DNA from: Azolla caroliniana
Taxonomy: Eukaryota; Plantae; Polypodiophyta
Reading direction: 5' to 3'
NCBI GenBank assembly: GCA_043228905.1
Contig: JBHGNT010000009.1
Span: 16,492,001 to 16,556,000 of the forward strand
Length of the DNA stretch: 64,000 nt
Within the stretch, counting starts at the first letter, position 1. Each line of letters begins with the position of its first letter. Under the pieces are notes generated by a model. It saw only the letters and a program-made list of their open reading frames with translations. It was not told the origin of the DNA and searched no databases. Position numbers and translations under genes: made by a program. This document shows positions 49,956 to 62,518 of this stretch, piece after piece.

Positions 49956-52900
49956 GGGGGAGATAGTGTCATGAGATGGCAAGACTCGAACCCATGACCT
50001 TATGGTATATGGGTCGAGCTCTTAACCATCTCACCATCTATTGTAATTCATAGAATATTATTTTCATTTATGTTTTATTATAAGAAAGTAATGTATATTC
50101 CAGATTTCTCTGGAACATTCTAGAAGCTTCAGGATTATTCCTGAGAACACTATAAAAGAAGGCACTAAGCATTATGTTGAACCAAATTGGTTCAACACCA
50201 GTCTTAAGCCTCTTAGTCGATTTGTACTTATCTTTCATATAATATAAGAGCTGCTTTCATCATCCTATTTTCTCTCTCTCTCTCCTCTTCTCACTTCCTC
50301 TCTCTCGGGAATCTTACGCAGTCCCGTCCTCTTAGTACTAATAGTACTACTCTTCTTAGTACTAATTCCATCTCTGTTTTAGTACTATTCCTGACAGAAG
50401 AAGTGAAAACGTGGCATTCGACACTGCCGGTGAGTTGTGGCACAAGAGGTTGTGTCACATGAGCCAAAAGGGAATGTAGAGACTTGCTGAATATAACCTC
50501 ATTTTGGAGGTGAAAGATGTGTAGCTTGAGTAGTGCACCGATTGTTTGGCCGGCAAGCAAAACCGAACCTTTCTCCGATCCTGACCACCGTCAAGACGGA
50601 ATGCACCGCTAGAACTTGTGCATACCGATGTATGTCAAGTGGACACGAAGTCACCATGCCAGATCGCAGTACTTCGTGACGTTCATAGATGACCATAGTT
50701 GGAAGCTATGGGTCTCACCCTTGAAGACAAAAGACCAGGTATTATCCATCTTCAAGGAATTCCACGTGAGACTGGAAAGGGAAACCGGCCGGAATCTGAA
50801 GGCGGTTCGAGCGAACAACGGAGGCGAATACCAGGGGCAGTTCGAGGAGTACTACCGATTGAAGGGAATCCGGCTCGAGTTTACGGTGTTGAAGACACTA
50901 GAGCTGAATAGATTGGCCGAAACGATGAACCGGACTGTGACGGGGAGAATCTAGAGCATGTTGGCACATGCTAAGCTGCCCAAGACATTTTGGGCTAAGG
51001 CGCTAATGACAACGACGTACGTGATAAACAGATCGCCCTCAACACCCTTGGATGGAGACACACCACAGAGAGTATGGACCGGTAAAGACGTGTCTTACCG
51101 GCATCTAAAGGCGTTCGGTTGTCTTGCCTATGTGCATGTAGCAAAAGACAAGAGAGAAAATTTGGATCCGAAGTCCCGACCATGCATATTCCTTGGGTAC
51201 GAGGATGATGAGTTTGGCTACCGAGCGTGGGACTTGGTCAACAAAAAGGTCTTCCGAAGTCGAGGCATAATCTTCATAAAAGACAAGACCATTGCCGACT
51301 GGGAGTCAGAGAAGAAAATAGCGGAATATGGGTCGACTGACAGAGATCGGTCGGAAGATACAAGGACCCATCCGGTCGGAAGCCGGATGACACTCGAAGA
51401 ACCGGCCAGATTCAGACAAGAAACCGAATCGACCGAAGAAGAAGAATTGGACACCGGAACTAGACAAGATCCCAAATCAGATTCTGATGAAGAACAGACA
51501 AAGGAGTCGGTGGTCGAAAACCAAGGATAGAAATACCCTCTAAGTGGGAGAAAGGCCCCCCGAAGATTTCCGAATGTAGAGCATGTTTTACAGACCGACG
51601 AGGGGAAGCCGGAAAGCTTCGAAGAAGCAAAGAAAGACACCCACAACCAAGTGGTTAAGTGCTATGTAGGATGAGATGGATTCCTTGCATGAGAACCACA
51701 CATACTAATTGACGAAACTGCCGAAAGGGAAGAGAGCGCTACAGAACAAGTGGGTGTACAAGCTGAAACCGAGAGACGCCAGAAATCCACTGAGGTACAA
51801 AGACCGCATTGTGGTGAAGGATTCCCAGCAGAAAAAGGGAGTGGACTTTGACGAGATGTTTGCCCCGGTAGTCGAGATGACATCCATTCAGACTGTGTTG
51901 AGCATTGCGACAAGCATGGATCTCAAGGTCGAGCAGCTAGTCGTCAAGACAACGTTCCTACACAGTGACCTCGAAGAAGGGATCTACATGCAATAGCCGA
52001 AGGGATTTGTCAAGAAAGGGAAGGAGCACCTAGTGTGCTTATACGGACTAAAGCAAACTCCTCGGCAATGGTATCGGAAGTTCGACTCCTCAGGACCGAC
52101 CAAGGATACCACAAGATACAGGCCGACCACTACGTGTTCATGAAGAAGTTCAACGGAGGCGACTTCCTGCTACTCATGTTGTATGTGGATGACATGTAGA
52201 TCGTGGGACTAGACCGAATCAAAATTGGGAATCTGAAGAAGGCCATGAGTCGGACCTTCTCAATCAAAGATTTGGGTCTTGCGAGACAAATATTGGGATG
52301 CACATAGTCCGGGACCGGACAAAGAAGCTATTGTGGTTGTCACAAGAGAAGTATGTGACGAAGCTGCTCCAATGATTCAGCATGACGGATGCGAAGCTGG
52401 TCGGATCGACACTTCCGGCAAATTGCAAGTTATCTGGAAAACAGAGCCCAAAGACTAAGGCAGAGAAGTCGGAGATGATGAAGGTACCATACGCCTTTGT
52501 CGTCGGAAGCTTGATGTACGCAACGGTGTGTACCCGACCAAATATCGCATATGTTGTCGGAGTGGTAAGTAGATTCATGAGCAATCAGGGAAGAGAACAT
52601 GTTGTCAAGTGGATACTCCGGTACCTGAAAGGCACCTCAAGCATGTGCCTCTAGTTCGGCTCCGGTAAACCCCTATTGGAAAGCATTATGGATTCGTACA
52701 TGTCGGTTGATGCATATACCATCCGATCTACATCCAGATATGTCATGACATATGCAGGGGGAGCAGTATTGTGGCAGTCGAGGCTACAAAAGTCTGTTGC
52801 ATTGTCAACAACGAAAGCGGAGTACATGGCGGCTGTAGAAGCTGACAACAAGGTAATCTGGATGAAGGACTTCATCGGAGAGCTAGGGATTCAGTAGGAG

Positions 52901-53065
52901 GAATTTTGGCTCTATTGCAACAGTCAAAGTGTCATCCACCCCGCGAAGAACGCGGTCTATCATTCCTGAACCAAGCATATCTAGAGGAGATATCACTGGC
53001 TCTGGGAAAAGGTAGAAGATAAAGAGTTTTCACTGACGAAGATCCATACAAAGGAAATGGATTGG

Positions 53066-56000
53066 TGTTGAGAGACAAGCTCAACATCGGCCGGATCGGC
53101 TGAGCAAGCCGAGGACCGGATCGGTTGGAAACCGGTACGCATACCGATGCGTAGGAAGGCCGGATCGGTGCAGAAACCGGGAGGCCATCAAAAAGATATT
53201 CCGCAAGGAATATATTTGGGAGTTAGTGTAGGGGCTCCTTAATGAGCATTGAGGTACTGTCAGTACTTCTGTCAGTCCGAAAAGGACTTTATAAAAGTGT
53301 TCACTGAACACACACTATGTACAGATTGAGTATTATTTTTTGAATATACTTCTGGTTTTTACTCTCTCTCTCTGTCTCTCTCGTGCATACTATGCAAACC
53401 TAAGCTTTCCATTAAACCTGCGTTTTCTGTTGTTCGGTTTCCTATATTGCTTCCGCACGCCATTATTTTCATGGTATCAGAGCGTGAGGATTGAAAACCT
53501 CTGCAGTCGACTTTGCTTGACGGAAAAACCAACGAAGAAGAACAAGAAAATCGATGGACAGAGGAATGGCTAGCTCGCTTCCGACAAAGAAGCTCAATAG
53601 AACCAACTACGCATCTTGGTCCTACAAGATGTACCAGTACCTGCTCGGGCACGGTTACTGGAGCTATGTCGAAGGAGCGAATGACGCGGCACCCGAATCG
53701 ACACACAAAGACTTCCCGGCGTGGGAACAATCGGCGAGCAGAGTGTTGTACTGTTTTGCGTCTTGTGTGGGCGAACAACTATTAAGCTACATTCGGGATG
53801 CAAAAACGCCGAAGGGTGCGTGGGAAAATCTGAAGAAGATCTTCGTCGCGAGCACCACAGCCAAGAAGCTTCAGCCTTGACAGGAGTTGAGCAACCTACG
53901 ACAACGCGATTTGTCGGTGGCTAACTATACCTCGAAGATCAAGGACATATGCAACTCCTCAGCTTCCATCGATGTGAACATCGAGGAAAGTGAGATGGTC
54001 CAGGTCTGTCTCGGGGGTTTGGCGTTGAAGTTCGGGGCGTTCCGAACTGATGTGTGTACCCGGGAGAATACACCGTCCTTTTTTTACTTACAGTTGATTC
54101 TCCTGGTAGAGGACAACCACGCGGGTGCGTCAACAACGAGCATGCACACCGACAGCAAGATGTTGTACACATAGGGAGATAGGCCCCGTAGATGTGGAGG
54201 ACGAGGCGAGTCGGTGCGCAATGGAGGCGGCCGACGAAATCAAGGAAGGAGGCACCGAAATGATGCCGACAGCAATTCCGGACCCTCCGGAAACAGGGGG
54301 AGTCGAGGCGATGAGAACCGGCAAGGGAAACCCACCACGGAATGTTGGTATTGTGGCAAGAAAGGCCACAGGGAGAGCGAGTGCTGGAAAAAGCGCGTCG
54401 AGTCAAAGAGGACCGGTTCCGAATCTAGTTCCGGACATACCGACAAAGGAAACCGGCAACTATCGCACTACGCCGAAGGATCCGGAAAAGCCGGAAAAGG
54501 GTCTGCCTTCGTGACGAGACACGAAGCAAACTCAATGAAGCAGACCACCCCGAAATCGAACAAGGTGTGGTACGTCGACTCCGGCTTGTCAAATCACATG
54601 ACGAGCCATAAGGAGTGGTTCTCGTACCTAGAAAAACCGATGCAACTGGAGACGACACTCCGCATCCGATCACGAATGTCGGAGAAGTTCCCCTAAGCCA
54701 TGTCAGGCAGAAAGGGAAACTCATGAACGTGCTACATGTTCCGACAATCATGAAGAACTTGGTGTCGGTCGGACAAATCGTCGACCAAGGGATGGAGGTC
54801 TGGTTTACACACCTCGGGTGCTTCATTGAGGAAGAAGGCCATGTTATTGCACAAGGGCGCAGATATGGGAGGATGTTCATCCTCAACTCTACTGACGGTG
54901 GCACCGCAATGTTCGCGAAGGGACAAAAAGTCGAGTCAGACATCGACTTATGGCACAAGCAAATAGGCCACATCAACTACCAGCGGCTTCAAGACCTGCA
55001 ATCGAAACAAGTGGTGTTCGGATTGCCCAAATTTAGTGGCCAGAAGGCACAAATTTGTGAAGCTTGCCAACTTGGGAAGCAACACCAACTTCCTTTCGCC
55101 AACGAGCGTAACCAGAGCCAGAACAAGCTCGACTTGATACACTCCGATGTGTGGGGGCCGGCACAAAACGTTAGTCTTGGCAAGAGCCGATATTTCGTCT
55201 CCTTCATCAACGACTACACGCGGCACACGTGGATCTACCTCATTGAGAGGAAGAGCGAAGTCTTCGACTGTTTCCGGGACCTCAAAGGGTTCATGGAAAC
55301 GGAAACAAGAACAAAGATCAGGTGCCTGCGGTCGGATGGCGGAAAAGAATACTTTTCCGGTCAATTCAACAGTTATCTACAACATATGGGAATTCGGCGC
55401 GAATTCAGTTGTAGATACACGCCGGAGCAAAACGGCGTGGCCGAGAGGAAAAATCGATTGGTTGTGGAAGCGGCACAGGCAATGTTGGAGGAGAAGAGCT
55501 TGCCCGAGTTCTACTGGGCCGAGGCGGTAAGGACCGCGGTATACATCCAGAATCAAATCGAAGACAAAGTGTTGGCGCACGAGCTATATTTCGGAATGAA
55601 GCCGAACTTGCGACACTTACAAGTTTTCGGTAGCATTGCGTATGTGCATGTGCCGAAGGAGAAACGGAGGAAGCTAGACGCAAAGGCCGAGAAATGTATC
55701 TTGGTTGGTTACTCGGACGAGCAGAAGGGTTATAAGTGTTATAACCCGCACACCAAACAAGCGCGCGTGAGCCGCAACGTTGTGTTTGATGAGTCCGCGT
55801 CCTGGTACTTGCCTCCGACTCCGGACCTCGCCTCCAATCCGAGTTCTGATGATGAGGTCAGCGAGGCCGAGATGCCTCCAGATGAGCCTGAAATCGGGAC
55901 CCGCGAAGAGAGTCCGATTTCGTTTCAGTTAAGTGGACCGAATGGACGACCGAGTCGGTTCAACCAGTCTGATGAAGAGCCGGCGAGTAGCGGAGACTCG

Positions 56001-58764
56001 GCCATGTATTCCCCACGCAAGAACCTGAGGAGACGGCGTACACGTAAAGAAAAAGGGAAGAAGAAGGTGTAAGATTACAACACGGATAGGAACGAGTCGG
56101 ATCGACGCGAATCCGACTCCGAGGGAAGTGACGACGGGTCTTCGAGACCAAAGTCCACGTCGGCCAAGAAAGCCTCAATAGCGGTTGATGAGCAATTACG
56201 CCGATCTACCTACCAGAAGAACCTAGTTGTGTGGTTCGGATACAATGAGTACGTGGCGCATCATTATGCGTACATGACCCGTGTAGCGGAAGTGCGTGAG
56301 CCGGAGAGCTACGTAGAAGCGGCTAAGGATGCGAATTGGCACGCTGCGATGGAGGAAGAGATGCACGCATTGGCGGAAAATGAGACCTAGGACCTGGTTG
56401 ACGCACCGAAGGGTGTGAAGCCGATCGGATGTAGGTAGATATACAAGGTCAAATACAACACCGATGGCTCGGTCAACCGATACAAGGCCCGGTTAGTGGC
56501 AAAAGGCTACGCACAGAAACACGGCATTGACTACGATGACACATTCACGCCGGTCGCAAAGATGACGATCGTCCGTGTTTTGCTCACGGTAGCTGCGGCA
56601 AAGGGGTGGCACTTACATCAGATGGATGTAAAGAATGCGTTCCTGCAAGGTGAGCTTGAGGAACAGGTATACATGGTACAGCCCCCCGGATTTCACTCCG
56701 GAATGAACACTTCGGTTGTGTGCCGATTGAAGAAGTCCCTTTACGGACTAAAGCAAGCCCCGTGTGCCTGGAACGAGAAGATCACGCAACGATTGTGTTG
56801 GATGGGCTTTGCGACATCAAAATCGAACTCCTCACTGTTCATTCGGAAAGGTCGACTCGGGCGTGTTAGTATTTTACTATATGTTGATGACTTGGTCATC
56901 ACCGACGCCGACCTAGGTGAAATCGACCGCGTAAAGCTCCAGCTTGCGGTATCATTCGACATGAAGGATCTGGGGGACCTTCATTACTTCCTCGGGATCG
57001 AAGTGATCCGCACCCCCGAAGGCATACTGATCATCCAACGTCATTACGCGTTGAATATGCTCTTCAAATTCGGGATGGCAGACTGTAAGTCCGTCTCGAC
57101 TCCTCTGGATAGAACCGTCAAGCTTCGCCCCAATTCCGGAAAGGTATGCGACCTGACGAGGTTCCGACAAATTGTCAGAAGCCTTATCTACTTGACAATC
57201 ACCCGACCCGATCTCAGCTACCCGGTCAGGTTGATTAGTCAGTTCATGGTGCGACTGACCGAGGAACACCTTCAATGCACACAACGCGTACTCCGGTACG
57301 TAAGCGGCACTAAGGACCGGGGACTGCTATATCGGACCAATACAACCTTGCAGTTGGTCGGCTACACCGATGCTGATTGGGCTGGCAACGCCGTCGATCG
57401 TCGATCCACGTCCGGATACGCGTTCTCTCTTGGGAGTGTCGTGATAGCGTGGAGCAGTAAGAAGCAGTCGACAGTTGCACTGTCGAGCACCGAAGCTGAG
57501 TACCGAGGAGCGGTTGTCGCGACATGTGAAGCCATATGGTTGAAGCGGCTACTTAGGGACCTGCAAGAGGAGGTGTCCGATCCAACGCCGATCTACTGCG
57601 ACAACCTCAGTAGCATCTAGCTCGCGAAGAACCTCGTTTTCCACGCACGGACCAAGCACATTGAGGTGCACTACCATTTTGTCCATGAGCGTGTCCTTTC
57701 TGGTGAAGTCGAACTTCAGTATGTTCCGACGGATCGGCAAACTGCCGACATCTTCACCAAGCCCCTTGGACTGGACAAGTTACAGCAATTCTCAGGTGCG
57801 CTCGGGTTGCGTCACCTCGACGTGCCGAACTTGAGGGGGAGAGATGTCCCGAATGACCACGAAAGGAAGCAGGAAAGGAGTGGAAAAGACCGTGATGCCG
57901 GGTCGGATGACGAGTTCGACTTCGGATCAGCTGAAGAAGCCGAGGGCGGATCAACAGAAGAGTCCAAAAGCGAACATAAGGGGAGCAACCGAAAGAAAGA
58001 GTTGAAGCCAACCAAGCATGGGGGAGATAACACCGTCAAGGGCGAGAAGACCGAAGATGAGTTGGAGACAGCCAACTCGGACGAGAGCGAAAACCGATCG
58101 GAGGTAGCCGAGTTGGTTCGGATGTTTGATTCGGATACACTGAATCAACCAAGGGCCAAGCGGAAAAGAAGGCAGTAGGAGAAGCGCCAACACCGCGACA
58201 ACAAGGGAGTTGTGAAGGTCTGTGGGACCAGACAAGCCAACCAAAAGGGTCGAAGCGCGCGGAGTCGAACAGGCCGAGGAGCGCGAGCGAGGCGTGGAGG
58301 AACTGGAGCGGTGATCCGGAAGATCCGGAAGAGCCTCAAGTTGAGCTTGAAGGGGAGTGTTGAGAGACAAGCTCAACATCGGCTGGATCGGCTGAGCAAA
58401 CCGAGGACCGGATCGGTTGGAAACCGGTACGCAGACTAGTGCGTAGGAAGGCCGGATCAATGCAGAAATCGGGAGGCCATCAGAAAGATATTCCGCAAGG
58501 AATATATTTGGGAGTTAATGTAGGGGCTCCTTAATGAGCATTGAAGTATTGTCAGTACTTTTGTCAGTTCGAAAAGGACTTGTATAAAAGTGTTCACTGA
58601 ACACACACTATGTACAGATTGAGTATTATTTTTTGAATATACTTCTGGTTTTTACTCTCTCTCTCTGTCTCTCCCGTGCATACTGTGCAAACCTAAGCTT
58701 TCCATTAAACCTACGTTTTCTGTTGTTCGGTTTCCTATATTGCTTCCGCATGCCATTCTTTTCA
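53066..58764 (+). mobile_element. Element J: full-length degenerate Ty1/copia nested in the RNase H of L
   Basis: LTRs 53066-53471 and 58358-58764; TSD ATTGG; PBS TGGTATCAGAGC at 53472-53483; gag (CWYCGKKGH..C), PR, IN (SDGGKEY), RT (YVDD), RH (DADW). Confidence 0.95.
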
Positions 58765-61019
58765 ATTGGACATGCCGACCAAGGTGTTGTCAGCTGACAA
58801 GCTGGAAGTGTGTCGGAGACAAATCGGACTGGCGAGAGATCCCATGCCAGAGTGAAGGGGGAGGTTGTTGGGAAACAAGTTCCTCCGGATGGGATTCGGG
58901 TGAGAACCGGACAAGCTGGATCAGACGAGGCGAAGGAAGGAACCGGACCGGATGGATCCGGAAAGGTATCCGGATACCGGATCAGATGGATCTAGAAGGA
59001 GTCCGGCCAATTCTGGTATGAACCAGCAAATAGGAACATATTAGTAAATATGTTCAGACGTGACTATTGAGGTCATATTTGTAAATAGCCCCAAAGTTTT
59101 ATAAGTATAAATATAACTAGGGCAATATTGTTATGGTAGATCATTATCATAGTTGTTATTATCCTTCTTGTTGTACAGAGAGAGAGAGAGATACAGAAAG
59201 TTTTTCTGTTGTAACCACTGGTTGGTGAAGATAGAGCTCGAGGTAGTTGCCTCTGAGCCTCACATTGGTGTACCTCTCCTCTATAGTGATCCTGTTCGGA
59301 GTTCCGAGAACTCCGGTGGTTTTTCTCGATTAGGGTTTTCCACGATAATATTTTGTGTCGTCTTATTTCTGTTTCTGTTTCTTCCATTGTGTGATCGGGA
59401 CTTGGTTGTGGCCAAGCACTATTTCTATCAACACATAAGTACTCCGTATCGGAATACAATCCAAAGGTGTGGTTGGAGAGATGGTAATAATCTGCATATT
59501 CAATCCGTCAATTTGTACAACACAGAATCGTCCATGCATAAGATTAGACATTCAAGTACACGAGATACCAAGTACACAAATCTTCCAAATATAATATATT
59601 ACTTGCGTATCCAACAATACAATCCAGACTCCTTATATAGGTAGCCGGTTCTGATACAAAATGGTGTTCATCGGGATTTGCACATCTTTCTAGATTCTTC
59701 ACCCCTTGACATAATAACTCTTCTAATCTATTTTTATTACAACGTTTCGCTTCTCCTAATATTTCTAATTACTACATATCCTCTAATATTCATCCCACTT
59801 TCAGTTCATACTGTATCCGGTTCACACTGCTTCCAGATTCCGATTCCCTCGACTTCCTTCCGGCTTTCCTCTTCTCGGCTCTTCTCCGATTCAAGCTTCA
59901 TTGGGCAACAATATGGCCTCTACACAATAGATTGTTGCCCATGATGGCATAAACAACCAACATGATGTTCTCTCCATGAAGTAATTATGTGAGTTCCTTT
60001 GTGTGATTTTGGTGAGAAATGGGTTATGAATTTGCATGATCAAATACAATAGAAATGATGACCTTCCATTGGGCAACACTTGAGCTTCATGCCAAGTTCA
60101 ACAAGAAATAAAAGTTCTCCCATGGTCATCCTCCACGGGGCCCAAACCATTGTGGAGGGGCCAAAGCCAAACTATAGTGTGGAGGCATCCATATGAAAGA
60201 ATTCATCTTTTTTCTTTGTAGTCAACCTTTGTGGGTGGCAATTGAATAGAGATATCCACACAAAGGAACTATTTTGTTTTAGTAACATGCTTTTTACTAA
60301 TGGGAAACCTTAAAATGAGGTGAAAACACGCAAAGAATAAAGAGAAGTATAGAAGTGTTGATTAGACACTAAAGAGCTTAGGGGTACTCAAAGTAAAGAG
60401 TGTAAATTTGCAATGTGATGTCTCTAAGTTGCAGACAATCAAACAAAGGTTTCCAGAGGGATTGCTTAAAGAAGCTAACTTCATGCAATTGGTTTCGATC
60501 GAAGTTTTCTTTCCTCCAAATCACTTTCTTTTTGTCTTGATCGGAAATCGACCACATTCATCAAAATTAGTGTAGAAATTTGAGTAGCAAGTCATAGAGA
60601 AACAAATCAATCTCATAGTCATGACTTGGGTGGTATGATTGGGCTCATACAAAAGAACGTTTGTGCAAGTTTCGAGAGGACACAAAAGTTTTATGTTGTG
60701 TGCTACGGACTTGGCCATGGTATGATGTTAATAGTTTTGACATTACCTTATTTATATACATGAGGACCTGGTATCTCAACTACATACATTCCATCATTTC
60801 ACAAAGTAATCACATATTCTTCTTCGTCGTCCAAGAGAATGAAGCGGTGTTGGGAGAGGCACATGAAATGAGGTTACCAAAATGGGTGATTATGATTACT
60901 ATTGTACACGTATTTTTCGTAGCTGGTTAGGCAAGAGTGTATGGGAGGGTTGAATATGGCCAGTTGAACGAGCCAGGATGGCGATGGTGACGGCAACTGG
61001 TGACGTTTTACATGCATTT

Positions 61020-61181
61020 ATTTATATACAATATAGATACATACATACACACATGCATGTATTTGTGTGTGTGCGTGCGTGTGTGTGTATATATATATAT
61101 ATATACATGATACAAAATTCAAATACACAAACACATGGATTTATTTATATACAAATACAAATACAAGCACAAAATACAAAT

Positions 61182-61215
<34 letters not shown>

Positions 61216-61410
61216 ACACGATACAAATACACACACAAACACATGCATTTATACAAATACAAATACATACACAAACACATGCATTTATACAAATACAAAT
61301 ACATACACAAATGTATGTATTTATATACATACACTATACAAATACATACACAAACACATGCGTTTATACGAATACATTACAAATACAAACACATGCGTAC
61401 ACACACATGC
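61020..61410. repeat. (TA)n / TACA / ATACAA-type low-complexity microsatellite region upstream of UAP
   Basis: Direct inspection. Confidence 0.9.
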
Positions 61411-61687
61411 ACAAATTTCGGAGGAGGCTGGAACTCTTGTCTTTTTTGTCTGTCTCCTCTTTGTGTTCCTCCTGCGTCCAGTCGATCGATCTGTATACTA
61501 CATATATTATATATATGTACTTCAGAAAGCTGACGAACATCAGATCTCTGTCTGTCTGCCTGTCCGCATCCCTCTGCGCTAGATCTATTTATTCCTACAA
61601 TTTTATCTCGCTTCTGCCTGCCTGCCTGCCTGTCTCTGTGTTCTTTCTTGCGTTTTCCTCATCATCTCTTCTCTGTTTGCTGAAGAT

Positions 61688-61849
61688 ATGTGCGAATACA
61701 GTGGGGAACAAGTGGATCCTCCTCTTCCTCCTGCTACTCCTCCACAGGAGCTTGTGGAGAGGCTGAAAGACTATGGACAGGAGCACTGCCTCGACTTTTG
61801 GAAGGACCTCTCTCCCCCACAGAGAGAATCCCTCCTCAGAAACCTTGAG
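61688..61849 (+). CDS. UAP: UDP-N-acetylglucosamine pyrophosphorylase, coding exon 1
   Basis: PPQELVERLKDYGQEH..FW..LS...R..L resembles the plant UAP N-terminus; GT donor at 61850. Confidence 0.85.
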
Positions 61850-62175
61850 GTTCTCATCTCCTTCCATTCCTTCCCATTCGGTTTCGTTTCGTTCCATTTC
61901 ATTCAAGATTCTTATATCGTCGTATCACATAGCTCCATTCCTTCCCCTTCCTGTTCATTTATTTCCTTTCATTTCATGTTCTGTTCCGTTTGATTCCATT
62001 CCACTTCCTTTCCTTTCGTATCCCAGTCCATTCCGTTCAATTTCTTCGTCAACTGCTCAGTAATGACACTCTTTTGATGTCTCGTTGCAATGGTAGGAGA
62101 TGATAGAGGCTAGCTGGTAAGGCAGTGCGTATGTGCTGAATTGTTTACCTGTTTTCTCTCTGCTTTTCCAAGCAG

Positions 62176-62230
62176 GTCCTAGATCTTCCTCGCATAGACC
62201 GCAGTGTGAAACTGTCATTACGTTCTCAAG
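62176..62230 (+). CDS. UAP: UAP coding exon 2
   Basis: AG|VLDLPRIDRSVKLSLRSQ(G)|GT; phases consistent with exons 1 and 3. Confidence 0.88.
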
Positions 62231-62363
62231 GTACTCTATTGTGCTTTCTTTGCCTACGTATTTTCAATATTCTGTTGATCACACTCTATTTTTACAAACA
62301 GAGAGATCTTTTAGGGGCCAGTTGATGATGGCCATGATCTTTAAAATCTGAGTCATGATACAG

Positions 62364-62518
62364 GTTTTCGTTCATCTTCTGACATTCAACCTGTGCCTGA
62401 TGGCAACATCTCAACTATTGAAGCACGGACACAAGAACAAAAAGAGACATGGTGGAAGAATGGTTTGAAGGCCATTGCAGAAGGGAAGCTAGCAGTTTTA
62501 CTCCTGTCAGGCGGTCAG
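62364..62518 (+). CDS. UAP: UAP coding exon 3 (gene continues beyond the window)
   Basis: AG|..IQPVPD..WWKNGLKAIAEGKLAVLLLSGGQ|GT, the start of the LLSGGQGTRLG nucleotidyltransferase motif. Confidence 0.9.

Larger units (their letters stand above)
44730..50396 (+). mobile_element. Element D: near-intact young chromovirus (Tcn1/Tf1-like)
   Basis: 430-bp LTRs at 44730-45159 and 49967-50396 with about 2 differences; TSD GAAGA; PPT AAGGGGGAGATAG. Confidence 0.97.
41385..59430 (+). mobile_element. Element L: degenerate Ty1/copia hosting the LINE, D and J (5' LTR ~41385-43473 left-truncated, 3' LTR 58866-59430)
   Basis: PBS TGGTATCAGAGC at 43477-43488 directly followed by the gag ATG; gag-PR-IN-RT-RH fragments with stops; PPT GAAGGGGGAG at ~58854-58863. 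Confidence 0.9.

Noticed and set aside
59431-59900. Possible additional minus-strand LTR remnant
   Set aside because: LTR-like composition but no partner repeat, TSD or PBS in the window to support it
60978-61766. 262-aa and overlapping ORFs
   Set aside because: Translations of microsatellite DNA
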